Assembly (NCBI GenBank): GCA_963724325.1
Contig: CAVRUH010000007.1
Coordinates: forward strand, 224,001-288,000
From: Waddliaceae bacterium
GTDB taxonomy: Bacteria > Chlamydiota > Chlamydiia > Chlamydiales > Waddliaceae
Length of the DNA: 64,000 nucleotides
Direction of reading: 5' to 3'
Part shown: piece after piece, positions 30,400-39,209 of the stretch
Numbering within the stretch: position 1 is the stretch's first letter
Layout: each line of letters begins with the position of its first letter
The notes under the pieces: generated by a model
Databases searched by the model: none
What the model was told of the DNA's origin: nothing
The model's input: only the letters and a program-made list of their open reading frames with translations
Program-made: the position numbers and the translations under genes

Positions 30400-32787
30400 T
30401 TATACAGGGGAAGAAACTCCCAATGTATCACCCGACATATGAGCTCCCATTGCACCTCGTAAACTACTGGTTGTGTTAATAGCCATATCGCCAATTCCGG
30501 TGCTGATATGCTGAGATATTCCCAAGGGTTGGCTGACTTTAGCTAAATAATTGTTAATTGTATCCTGTTCATTGTTAATATTCAGATCTATGGCATTTTG
30601 TTTTATAGTTGCAATCTGATTCCCAATCTGCTTAGTTGTATCCTGTATCGTATTCAAAATGCTCTGTTTGACCACCTGAGCCTTAACAGGCCCCAAATCT
30701 GCCAAGAGATTGTCTAAATGATCGGAAATTTGTGTATGAACATCCACAGTTTGTGTAGGTCCTGTCTGATTAAGTACTAATTTAGGTGTATTTATTTGAG
30801 CCTGATTTATTGAAAATGCAAGGTCGTTATGGACATTTAAGGAATTCTGTACAGCGCGTTCTAACTGATCCTTTTTAGCGGCCTCATCGACAATTTGCGA
30901 CAGGTTTTTAGTGTCCTGTCCAATCTGATTCACAATAAACTCTTTGATACTTTCGGTAGAGAATAGCGATGCCAGTACCGCAGGGTTGCTTTGAGTCGGC
31001 TCATTTACTGCTGCCGTCGTAACTGCGCTCGTCTCTGGAGCAGCCACTGGATTGGTCGCAGGAGCACCAGCTGGCACTGTTTCTTGTACTTGTGCTTGAG
31101 CTTGAATTTGTGCTTGTGCTTGTGATGAGACTATTAGCTTTTCACTCGGAGTCAATCCTTCAACGCTAGATAACACCTGATTGCTTAAATTTGTGATACC
31201 CAATGATTTCTCTAACAGATTCAAACCTACTCCTAATAGCGCGAGATTCAAATGTGGAGTCACCGCATTAGCTACAGCAGCGATCTGTCCTGTTGACGCA
31301 ACAGTACCTAGGTCCTTTTTCAGCTGGGCATTCGCTACTAATTTTAATGCGTCAGTGTTAACCACGTTGTTAATTTGATGCCCAACAGCCGCTCCAACAA
31401 CAGCAGCGCCTGCCGGACTGTTTGTGGGCACACCCTCGACTTCATTTCCGAGCGTTTGCGCCGCACTAACTCCTGCTTGAACACCAGAACTTTCCAGTGC
31501 CCCAAAAACAGTGAGCTGTAACTTCTTTTTTGCCGGATCAAGTGATCCAAAATCATTAGGTATATTTATACTTGACGTAACAGTAGCTAGATTACCAGTT
31601 GCAGCAAGTAAAGTTGCGTCCGATGATACTGCACCGCCAAGCTGCAATGGGCCAGTCGAGCCCTGCTGTGAAACCTCTGGCTTTTGTTTCTTTTCGACAA
31701 AAGACTTCGGTAAGATTCCCCCCGATTGATTGGGCTTCTGACTGTCCAATAGTGATTTGACATCACTTCGATAATTTGTAGTAAAAATATTAAGCAAAGT
31801 TCCCTGCGCATGAAGTGCTGCTGTTAGATCTAGAAAGTCATAGGACGCAAACACATCTGTGGGCGTGGGAGGACTGCTAAAGGTCGAACCAATGAGGCTT
31901 GATAGTGAACCAACGCTCGCGACGTTGCCATTCTTATCAAGCGAAACAACAGACCCAACTCCAGGCAGCAGCGGTATAGAAGGAATTGACGGCCCCGATC
32001 TTTGGCTGTTAATTTGTGAAAGCGATCCATTACTGCTGTTAATGGTATTTGACAAACTAACATAGTCATTATTTACAATGCTGGTACCATTATTGGATAT
32101 GTTCTGAGCATATGTTAAAGCCTGATTTGCCCCTTGGAGAGCAGCGTAATCACTATTAGCCAAGTTCGTCGCGGCATTAAGTGCATTTAAATTCGCCTGA
32201 GTTCCATTCGTATCATAGGCTGCTTGTGCTGCTACTTGGGCGGCCGCATCAGTATTGTAGGTTGCTTGGGCTGTCGCCTGATTATCTGTGGCGGCTTTAA
32301 GATTAGCAGGTGCATTATTATTGGCAGTGAAGTCTGAAATAAGATTGTTATAAGAACTCGTTACGGATGCTTGTGCATTGTTGAATGTTGCAGGCCAATG
32401 TTGTGAATCCAGAAGCAATTGATTAAGCTGATTCTGAAAATCAGCAAAATTAGACACGAAAGCACTTAATTGACTGGTTGAGAACGAGACATTACCAGCT
32501 GTCATTACCTGTTGGGCTACAGTGATATCGGTTTGACCTTCATTTACAGCTTTTAGGTTTGAAATAAGGGAAATATCCCATGGTGGAAGCTGGGGACTTG
32601 AAGGTGCCGGAAATGAACTGCTGAAAGTTTGCCCGGCATTGCTTATTGTATCTCCCAAACTCACCGGAATAGGCGTTATTAGGGTAAGCTCTTGGTTTGA
32701 TAATGGTACGCCACCAGCCGGTGCATTTACAAGGGGATCGATTCCCATAATTGGACTCCTTGGCAGAGTTTGATCAATGATCTCCAC
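30400..32787 (-). CDS. Large Ala/Asn/Gln/Ser-rich putative T3SS effector (795 aa)
   Basis: GTG start after AGGTGG; Pro/Ser-rich N-terminus, coiled coil; extended -10 TGcTATAAT at 32802-32810. Confidence 0.7.
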   Translation of the reverse strand: MEIIDQTLPRSPIMGIDPLVNAPAGGVPLSNQELTLITPIPVSLGDTISNAGQTFSSSFPAPSSPQLPPWDISLISNLKAVNEGQTDITVAQQVMTAGNVSFSTSQLSAFVSNFADFQNQLNQLLLDSQHWPATFNNAQASVTSSYNNLISDFTANNNAPANLKAATDNQATAQATYNTDAAAQVAAQAAYDTNGTQANLNALNAATNLANSDYAALQGANQALTYAQNISNNGTSIVNNDYVSLSNTINSSNGSLSQINSQRSGPSIPSIPLLPGVGSVVSLDKNGNVASVGSLSSLIGSTFSSPPTPTDVFASYDFLDLTAALHAQGTLLNIFTTNYRSDVKSLLDSQKPNQSGGILPKSFVEKKQKPEVSQQGSTGPLQLGGAVSSDATLLAATGNLATVTSSINIPNDFGSLDPAKKKLQLTVFGALESSGVQAGVSAAQTLGNEVEGVPTNSPAGAAVVGAAVGHQINNVVNTDALKLVANAQLKKDLGTVASTGQIAAVANAVTPHLNLALLGVGLNLLEKSLGITNLSNQVLSSVEGLTPSEKLIVSSQAQAQIQAQAQVQETVPAGAPATNPVAAPETSAVTTAAVNEPTQSNPAVLASLFSTESIKEFIVNQIGQDTKNLSQIVDEAAKKDQLERAVQNSLNVHNDLAFSINQAQINTPKLVLNQTGPTQTVDVHTQISDHLDNLLADLGPVKAQVVKQSILNTIQDTTKQIGNQIATIKQNAIDLNINNEQDTINNYLAKVSQPLGISQHISTGIGDMAINTTSSLRGAMGAHMSGDTLGVSSPV

Positions 32788-32859
32788 CCCACCTATAGTT
32801 CATTATAGCAAATTCCAATTTTAATTAACATAAAATTCTCAATTCGCGTATTCCAGCTC

Positions 32860-32999
32860 GCAAGCCCAGAAAAAATAACAGGATATGCCAAGCTGCAAGC
32901 CCAGAAAAAAAACAGTATATGCCAGGTTGCAAGCCCTCAAAAAAATAACAGGATATGCCAGGTTGCAAGCCCAGAAAAAATAACAGGATATGCAGGATC
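32860..32999 (+). repeat. Four tandem 34-36-bp units related to REP family A
   Basis: gcaagccc(ag/tc)a(A)n(t)aacag(g/t)atatgc repeated. Confidence 0.8.
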
Positions 33000-33357
33000 G
33001 CAAGCGGCAGGATATGAAGGATGTAGGCGGAGGATAGGAGGCAGTGGCGTCAACTTAAAGAAAAATCTATAATTTTTGTCTATATAGACAAGAGGTAGGT
33101 TTTGGAAGGCTGAAGGCCGGGCTCTTAATAGCCCAGACCGCAGTGGAGCAAGCGCAAGCGAGCGGAACGGAGGTCTGGGTTGGGTGACAAATAGAACTGC
33201 GAGGGCTGAAAGCCCGATACATCAAATGACGGCTATTAATGAGTCGGGCTTTCAGCCTTCCAAAACCTACCTCTTGTCTATATAGACAAAAATTATAGAT
33301 TTTTCTTTAAGTTGACGCCACTGCCTCCTATCCTCCGCCTACATCCTTCATATCCTG
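32981..33357. repeat. Long REPIN-like hairpin with 134-bp perfect arms; the right arm (33251-33357, resuming at 35184) is interrupted by LSR element copy 2
   Basis: The reverse complement of 32981-33114 matches 33251-33357 joined to 35184-35210. Confidence 0.9.
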
Positions 33358-34945
33358 CCCCATCACTACTCAATTGGCAATTTTCATAAAGCATTTTCGG
33401 TGATATGCAATGCATGATTTTTACCTCGCCTTTGGTTATGATAATTTTTTCAACTATTAAACGCACTAGTTTTTGCTTCTCATTGAATGGCAAATCTGGA
33501 GCCGATTTTTTAACTCTTTCTAAAATACTTTCAAAAGCATGCTCCCAACCGGATCCTATTTCTTTCATAAGTTTTAAATTTAATCGTTCCTTTTTCTCGT
33601 TCTCAAGTTCGCCTCTTCTTTTTTCTAACCCCTGGGCTCTTTGACTTAGAGAAGTTAAATCTAATAAACCACTTTGATATGCATCTAAAAGTCGCTCTCG
33701 TTCTTTTATAAGCTTTTCTAATTCTTTTCTCATCGAAATTTCCTGCCTCTCGATTTCCTCGATATTTCCGCTTTCCTTTTCTCTTCTTTTAAACTCTTCC
33801 TGCAACATAAATGGATTTTGAAGCATTTGAATTATTTCATTATAGACCAAATCATCGAGCTCATCCTGCTGTATATATCCATTAGAACATTTTGGTATTT
33901 TATTATCCGAATGGCTTCGACAATGATAATAATTTTTACTTATTCCCTTATATCTTCTCATTCTTTTATAAAATTGACAACCACATTCGCCGCACGTGAT
34001 TAATCCTTGAAGCAAGGAAGGTTCTTTGGTATTTCTTAAGGCTAATTCTTTATTTTTATTTATATATTCCTGTGCTGTTTCAAAATCACTTTCACTAATT
34101 ATAATTGGAATATTTATCTCGTACCAAGAGTCTTCATTAGTTTTTTTTCGTGGATTTTTTGGCTTCAGCCGTCTTAAGCCTTTATAATGCCTTATTTTAT
34201 CTATACCCTCATACTTTTCTGATTTACCATAGGCTGCAGTGCCTATATAAGCCTTATTTTTTAATATCCCTAAGATGGTTGCTGGAAACCAATAGGAATT
34301 TCCTTTTGGGCTTTTAATTTGGACCTCGCTCAACCTTCGACAAATTCCATTTAATGAAAGCCTCTCATGAACATATAAATAAAATATTTTTCTTACAACA
34401 TTCGCGTCTGTTTCAACGATTTCAATCACCGTTTGACGTTCATTTTTTATCCTCTGATAGCCATATGGTAGCTTAGGAAGAATAGCTGGATCTCCGCTTT
34501 TTGCTTTATGAATAGTACCTCGACGAGATCGATCTAATATTAATGCTCTTTCATATTCAGCAAAAATCCCCTGAAAATGAGTAAACATTATTGCTTCAGG
34601 AGTGTCACCTTGAGGAACATTTCTAATGAAAAGAACCTTCACTCCACATCGTCGAAATTCATCTAACAAAATAAGTTGATGAGGATAATTTCTGGCTAAC
34701 CTATCTGGTGCATAGATCAAAATCGCGTCGACAGACTCTGTTCGTATCAAATCTCGTAAATCATCTAAAGCAGGTCTTTGAAGACTTTGACCACTTATAC
34801 CGTTATCAAGAAAAAGCCACGTTTCTGGAATTTGATATCCTTCTTTGAGTCCAAATTCTCGAAGAACCAATTCTTGACTTTCGATCGTTTCATCTTCTTT
34901 TTGCTTCTGTGAGGAGACTCTGGCATATATTGCGGCTTTCTTCAT
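33293..34945 (-). CDS. Large serine recombinase (550 aa); last 20 residues come from the flanking repeat
   Basis: Same sequence as 6228..7832 through ...SSDGAGYEG, then CRRRIGGSGVNLKKNL. Confidence 0.95.
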   Translation of the reverse strand: MKKAAIYARVSSQKQKEDETIESQELVLREFGLKEGYQIPETWLFLDNGISGQSLQRPALDDLRDLIRTESVDAILIYAPDRLARNYPHQLILLDEFRRCGVKVLFIRNVPQGDTPEAIMFTHFQGIFAEYERALILDRSRRGTIHKAKSGDPAILPKLPYGYQRIKNERQTVIEIVETDANVVRKIFYLYVHERLSLNGICRRLSEVQIKSPKGNSYWFPATILGILKNKAYIGTAAYGKSEKYEGIDKIRHYKGLRRLKPKNPRKKTNEDSWYEINIPIIISESDFETAQEYINKNKELALRNTKEPSLLQGLITCGECGCQFYKRMRRYKGISKNYYHCRSHSDNKIPKCSNGYIQQDELDDLVYNEIIQMLQNPFMLQEEFKRREKESGNIEEIERQEISMRKELEKLIKERERLLDAYQSGLLDLTSLSQRAQGLEKRRGELENEKKERLNLKLMKEIGSGWEHAFESILERVKKSAPDLPFNEKQKLVRLIVEKIIITKGEVKIMHCISPKMLYENCQLSSDGAGYEGCRRRIGGSGVNLKKNL

Positions 34946-35181
34946 GATGGAGCTCCTGATTGATGGATGACCGAATTGATATTGTGCTGTTGAGCAATAT
35001 CGCTAAGCCCTTGATTAATTTTGCTCTTTGATTCCTCTGAGGGTGATATTCGAGTACAATTTTTTGGACTTTGATGCATTTTGACAATGTTCTGAGCCTT
35101 GTTTCGAGAAGAATATTTACCGATTGTACTTCTATCAAACATTTTCTCAAAACAAATTTTGCCAATTGAGTATTGATGGGG
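33358..35181 (-). mobile_element. 1824-bp IS-like large serine recombinase element, copy 2
   Basis: IRs 33358-33380 and 35159-35181; flanking TG at 33356-33357 and 35182-35183; offset exactly 27113 bp from copy 1; encoded protein identical over the element. Confidence 0.92.
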
Positions 35182-35277
35182 TGCCGCTTGCGATCCTGCA
35201 TATCCTGTTATTTTTTTGAGGGCTTGCAACCTGGCATATCCTGTTTTTTTTTAAGGAGGGCAAGTGTTTGGTTGTAC

Positions 35278-35357
35278 ACTATCACATACATTAACAAGTT
35301 TAATGTATGTGATAGTAATCTTTATGTATTGACTGAATGTGCATTAAGATATATGTT
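35278..35357 (+). promoter_or_regulatory. Perfect 17-bp-arm palindrome and a candidate promoter upstream of the XRE gene
   Basis: actatcacatacattaa-caagt-ttaatgtatgtgatagt (35278-35316); TTGACT-17-TATGTT (35329-35357). Confidence 0.6.
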
Positions 35358-35384
35358 ACAGGTATTTTACCAAAAGGATAGGAT

Positions 35385-35690
35385 ATGCGTACCATAGCTC
35401 CACTACCCTCCTCAGTCAAAAATGGACTGAAAAAACTAGGTCAAGACGTTCGAAAGGCACGCTTAAGGAGAAAATATACCATGGAATTGATGGCAACGCG
35501 GGCTTCAATTAGCCGCGTTACTCTCACTAAAGTTGAAAAAGGCGATCCTTCTGTTGCCATTGGAATCTATGCCAAAGTCCTTTTTGTCATGAGCCTTGAT
35601 TATAATCTATCCGAATTATTATCAAATGATCCAGCTGGACTCGCAATCGTAGATCAGGACCTCCCCAAAAGGATTCGCAATAAGAAATAG
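35385..35690 (+). CDS. XRE-family HTH protein (HipB-like antitoxin type)
   Basis: LGQDVRKARLRR...ASISRVTLTKVEKGDPSV HTH. Confidence 0.85.
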   Translation: MRTIAPLPSSVKNGLKKLGQDVRKARLRRKYTMELMATRASISRVTLTKVEKGDPSVAIGIYAKVLFVMSLDYNLSELLSNDPAGLAIVDQDLPKRIRNKK

Positions 35691-35704
35691 CTGCTCTGCA
35701 TTTG

Positions 35705-36079
35705 TCATTGCAAGACCAAGATGGCAACAGCTGTGGCGTATTTTTTGGAGTGACTGATGGAAAGGAGAATGCTCTTTCCTGGCACCATTTTTTGTAATTT
35801 ATCAGAAAGTGTCACACAGGGCTTCCCTAATGCATCATTGAGAATTTCGATGTCGAGCCATGAAACACCCTCGCTAATTCCTGTCCCCAAGGCCTTTACA
35901 ACGGCTTCTTTTGCTGCAAAACGACCCGCGAAATTAATGGCAGAGTGTCTATACTTGGAACAATAAGCCTGTTCATTTTCCGTAAATAAACGATCCAAAA
36001 ACTTTTGACCGTATTTAGCTATAATATGCTCTATACGGTCAATCTCAATGATATCGTTCCCTATTCCGTGTACTTCCAT
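35705..36079 (-). CDS. acpS: Holo-[acyl-carrier-protein] synthase
   Basis: GIGNDIIEIDRI, AGRFAAKEAVVKALGTG, SISH. Confidence 0.96.
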   Translation of the reverse strand: MEVHGIGNDIIEIDRIEHIIAKYGQKFLDRLFTENEQAYCSKYRHSAINFAGRFAAKEAVVKALGTGISEGVSWLDIEILNDALGKPCVTLSDKLQKMVPGKSILLSISHSKKYATAVAILVLQ

Positions 36080-37179
36080 TATGCTGAAAAATAATCTTTT
36101 GAGACATTCTCATACTTCGCTAATGTCTGCTCCATATCATCTTCCGACAGCAAAGCCTGTTCCGCTGTATTACAGAAAATCATCCGACCAGACGAAGTAT
36201 GCTTCACAGACAATACCTGTGCTTTAATGGTCTCGCCAATATACTCGGCACCACCATTAATAACGACCATCGTTCCATCTTCAAGGTACCCAACACCCTG
36301 GCGAGCCTCTTTTCCATATCTTTGTACTTTAATGGTGATGTATTCGCCTGATTGGCTGATGGGTTTCAATGAATTGGCTAGCATGTGGATATTGATGACA
36401 GCTATGCCTTCAATGGAAGATTGCTCAATGCGATTGATATCGGCTGTTAAAATGCTGGCATCCGTCAAACGTGCTAATCGCACTACTTTTGCTGTGGTAT
36501 CTTTGATTTCAGGAAAATCGGTGTCAATATAGCGTAACTGAAGCTGCGTTAATGATTCTAGTTTTTTGATTACATCAAGAGCTCTGCGTGCTTTAGATTT
36601 ATTAGAATCGAGTGGACCTTCGGCAATCTGATTCTGTTCTTTGATGATAAACTGTGGTAATACGAGTAGGTTATTGACGATGCCTGAAGAGGCCAAATCA
36701 ATGATTCGAGGATCTAGGAGGATTGAAGAATCTAGGAGGATGTCTTTCTTCTTTTGCATGGTGGGCTGGAATTTGATGAAAGGAATGCTGATATGGATCT
36801 CGTCAGCGGCGCGCACGGTAAAGCTAATTCCGGTATAAATGCTGAAAAGGTAGATTGAGATCAGAATGACTTGGGCAGCGTGGGGTGAAAGAGCTAAATG
36901 GCCGAAATCGATGAGTCCTGAGAAGGCAAAAACCAAGCTGTGAGCTAGCAAACATCCAAAAAATAGTCCTAGCACTGTCGTGTTGAAAGCTTTTAAATTT
37001 GTTCGGCGAAAATAGAAATCGGTACCCATTAGTATGAAACTGAATACTAGGCCTTCGACGAGTCCTAATAGGCAATTGAGTAGATGAAAACTTTCATTGA
37101 AGGTTATTGAGGCCATTGTAAAAAATGAAATGCTGAGAACCACTACGAGAAATCTGACGAAAATGAAAGACATATTCAT
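36079..37179 (-). CDS. Membrane PIN/TRAM-domain protein (YacL-like)
   Basis: N-terminal TM helices, PIN-like ILLDSSILLDPRI, TRAM GKEARQGVGYLEDGTMVV. Confidence 0.85.
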   Translation of the reverse strand: MNMSFIFVRFLVVVLSISFFTMASITFNESFHLLNCLLGLVEGLVFSFILMGTDFYFRRTNLKAFNTTVLGLFFGCLLAHSLVFAFSGLIDFGHLALSPHAAQVILISIYLFSIYTGISFTVRAADEIHISIPFIKFQPTMQKKKDILLDSSILLDPRIIDLASSGIVNNLLVLPQFIIKEQNQIAEGPLDSNKSKARRALDVIKKLESLTQLQLRYIDTDFPEIKDTTAKVVRLARLTDASILTADINRIEQSSIEGIAVINIHMLANSLKPISQSGEYITIKVQRYGKEARQGVGYLEDGTMVVINGGAEYIGETIKAQVLSVKHTSSGRMIFCNTAEQALLSEDDMEQTLAKYENVSKDYFSA

Positions 37180-37324
37180 AATATTTATTCCTTAAATTGT
37201 TAGTACTGTTTTCTGCTATAAGTGCCATTTATATATTTTTTTGGATTTTTTGTAAAGCATCATTGATGCTTAATCCGACTGAAAAGTGCATTAAAGTGGC
37301 TTTCATATGTATCTGTACACCGCA

Positions 37325-37674
37325 AATAACAGGATATGAAGGCATACGCATCAACCTAAAATATTTTTTACCACCGAGATCATGGAGAACACAAGAGAGG
37401 TCATTGATATCTTATTATTTCTCTAACAAAAAAACAGGATAGGCAAGATCGCAAGCGGCAGGATATGAATGATAAAAGTAATTGACATCATCTTCCTAAA
37501 ATCCTTCATATCCCATACGCATCAACTTAAAAAAAATTTAACACCGAGTTCACCGAGAAAACAGAGGTAGCAGAGAGAACTATTTTATACTCCATGATCT
37601 CTCTCGTGTTCTCTGGTGTTCTCTGTGGTAAAAGATATTTTAGGTTGATGCGTATGCTTCATATCCTGTTTTCC
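37325..37674. repeat. Composite nested palindromic repeat containing an unoccupied family A unit (about 37434-37472)
   Basis: Outer IR aacaggatatgaaggcatacgcatcaacctaaaatat / atattttaggttgatgcgtatgcttcatatcctgtt; internal gatcgcaagcggcaggatatgaa. Confidence 0.75.
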
Positions 37675-37780
37675 TTTTGCAGGGAGGTTAGCAAGGCATC
37701 AATCCTTTACTTTGGGATGAAGTTTCTTGACGTTATTGCTGGATATTTTGTACAGTGTCGAGGACAAACAAGGAGTTATC

Positions 37781-38227
37781 ATGTTAAAGTTAAGTCATTC
37801 AAAATTAATTGCCATTTCCGGGTTGCTATGGTTATGTGTTGGAATGTCCCTTCTTCCTCTTGGGATCAATCTTCTCGTGAAAAGCGATATTCGCCCTCTA
37901 GCTCTCTTTGCTTCGCCTTATTTTGGTGGATTGGAAGAGGCTACTGTAGCTTTGATTGCTATAGCCCTATTCATCGGTTACATGAAGGGACGATTTGTTT
38001 TTGGGAAGTCATCAAAAAGAATAGTTGAAAGAGTTCGCTCTGCTCCAAACCCTTCTGGTTTGTCCACTGTGTTTACGCCAGCTTATTGTGTGCTTATTGG
38101 GTGCATGATGGCATTGGGCATGGGGATCAAATACTTGGGCATTCCAAATGATGTTCGTGGGATGGTCGATGTGGCAGTGGGTGCTGCGATGATTAATGGT
38201 TCCACGATCACTCTACGCTATTTGTGA
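37781..38227 (+). CDS. Small integral membrane protein
   Basis: About 4 hydrophobic helices; AAGGAG RBS. Confidence 0.75.
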   Translation: MLKLSHSKLIAISGLLWLCVGMSLLPLGINLLVKSDIRPLALFASPYFGGLEEATVALIAIALFIGYMKGRFVFGKSSKRIVERVRSAPNPSGLSTVFTPAYCVLIGCMMALGMGIKYLGIPNDVRGMVDVAVGAAMINGSTITLRYL

Positions 38228-38640
38228 TATTGTGATCCTTTGCCGATTTCAAATGACCGATAAATTTGCTCCATCAAGATCAATCGGGTGATCTGATGGG
38301 TAAAGGTCATTTTTGAAAGACTGATCAAAGGATAGTGTGATTTCATCTCATGGGGGAGCCCTTCGGCTCCTCCGATAATGATAGTCAATCGAGAGTTCCC
38401 TTTTTGGATCTGTTGCATGAGAAAAGGGGAAAATTCTTCGCTTGAAAAGGCTGTGCCTGCTGGGTCGAGGCAAAGGACATGAGAATCTTTCGCAGCATGG
38501 GCGATGAGTTGTTCATTATCTTTTACCCAGGAGAATTCAAAAGTTACTTGATTTGATAGACGTTTTACATATTCTTGGGCAGCTTCTTCGAGCCAGCTTT
38601 CTTTTGTTTTTCCTATCGATAGCAGTTTGATGCGAATCAA
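38218..38640 (-). CDS. rlmH: 23S rRNA m3-psi1915 methyltransferase
   Basis: IIGGAEGL, ISLSKMTFTHQITRLILMEQIYR...YHK. Confidence 0.95.
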   Translation of the reverse strand: MIRIKLLSIGKTKESWLEEAAQEYVKRLSNQVTFEFSWVKDNEQLIAHAAKDSHVLCLDPAGTAFSSEEFSPFLMQQIQKGNSRLTIIIGGAEGLPHEMKSHYPLISLSKMTFTHQITRLILMEQIYRSFEIGKGSQYHK

Positions 38641-39104
38641 CGGAATTCCTTTTTGGCTCTATCGATCACACGCTTTTCGTCTCTGGATTTAATGGCTTCT
38701 CTTTTGTCGAAGGCTTTTTTCCCTTTTGCGGTGGCGATTTTGATTTTGATTTTCCCTTGTTTGAGGTAGAGGGCAAGTGGGATGATAGTGAGTCCTTTTT
38801 CTTGTAGTTCTCTTTTGAGTCTAGCGATTTCCCGTTTGTGCATGAGTAATTTTCGTTCGCGCCGTTCTTGGTGGTTATAGACGTTGCCGAAGCGGTATGG
38901 TGCGATGGTGGAGTTGACGAGCCATAGGGCATTGTCGATGACTTTGACGTAGGCTTCTTGGAGGGAGCCGCCATTGTCGCGCAGTGATTTGACTTCGGTG
39001 CCGGTAAGGACGATGCCTGCTTCGAAGGTTTCGATGATTTCGTAGTTGTGTGTAGCTTTTCGGTTGGAGACCAGATCCGAATTTTCAGTTTTTTTCATAT
39101 TCAC
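38637..39104 (-). CDS. smpB: SsrA-binding protein
   Basis: NRKATHNY, EAGIVLTGTEVKSLR, RKLLMHKREI. Confidence 0.97.
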   Translation of the reverse strand: MNMKKTENSDLVSNRKATHNYEIIETFEAGIVLTGTEVKSLRDNGGSLQEAYVKVIDNALWLVNSTIAPYRFGNVYNHQERRERKLLMHKREIARLKRELQEKGLTIIPLALYLKQGKIKIKIATAKGKKAFDKREAIKSRDEKRVIDRAKKEFR

Positions 39105-39209
39105 GCGTCATTATACTTCCCAGGCTCTATTTTTTCCACTCCTTTTTCTCTTTATGATTTCTTAACAATTGGGGGATAAGATCCGAAATATTTCAAAAAT
39201 GAGGTGTCT

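Noticed and set aside
32860..32999. Tandem units of about 35 bp as a CRISPR array
   Set aside because: The units abut without unique spacers, belong to REP family A, and no cas genes are present.
6245..35181. Prophage or ICE bounded by two integrases
   Set aside because: No phage or conjugation genes; the interval holds core genes and each LSR has its own complete pair of ends.
38637..39200. tmRNA, tRNA or rRNA gene near smpB or elsewhere in the window
   Set aside because: No recognisable tRNA-like termini or rRNA sequence seen by eye.
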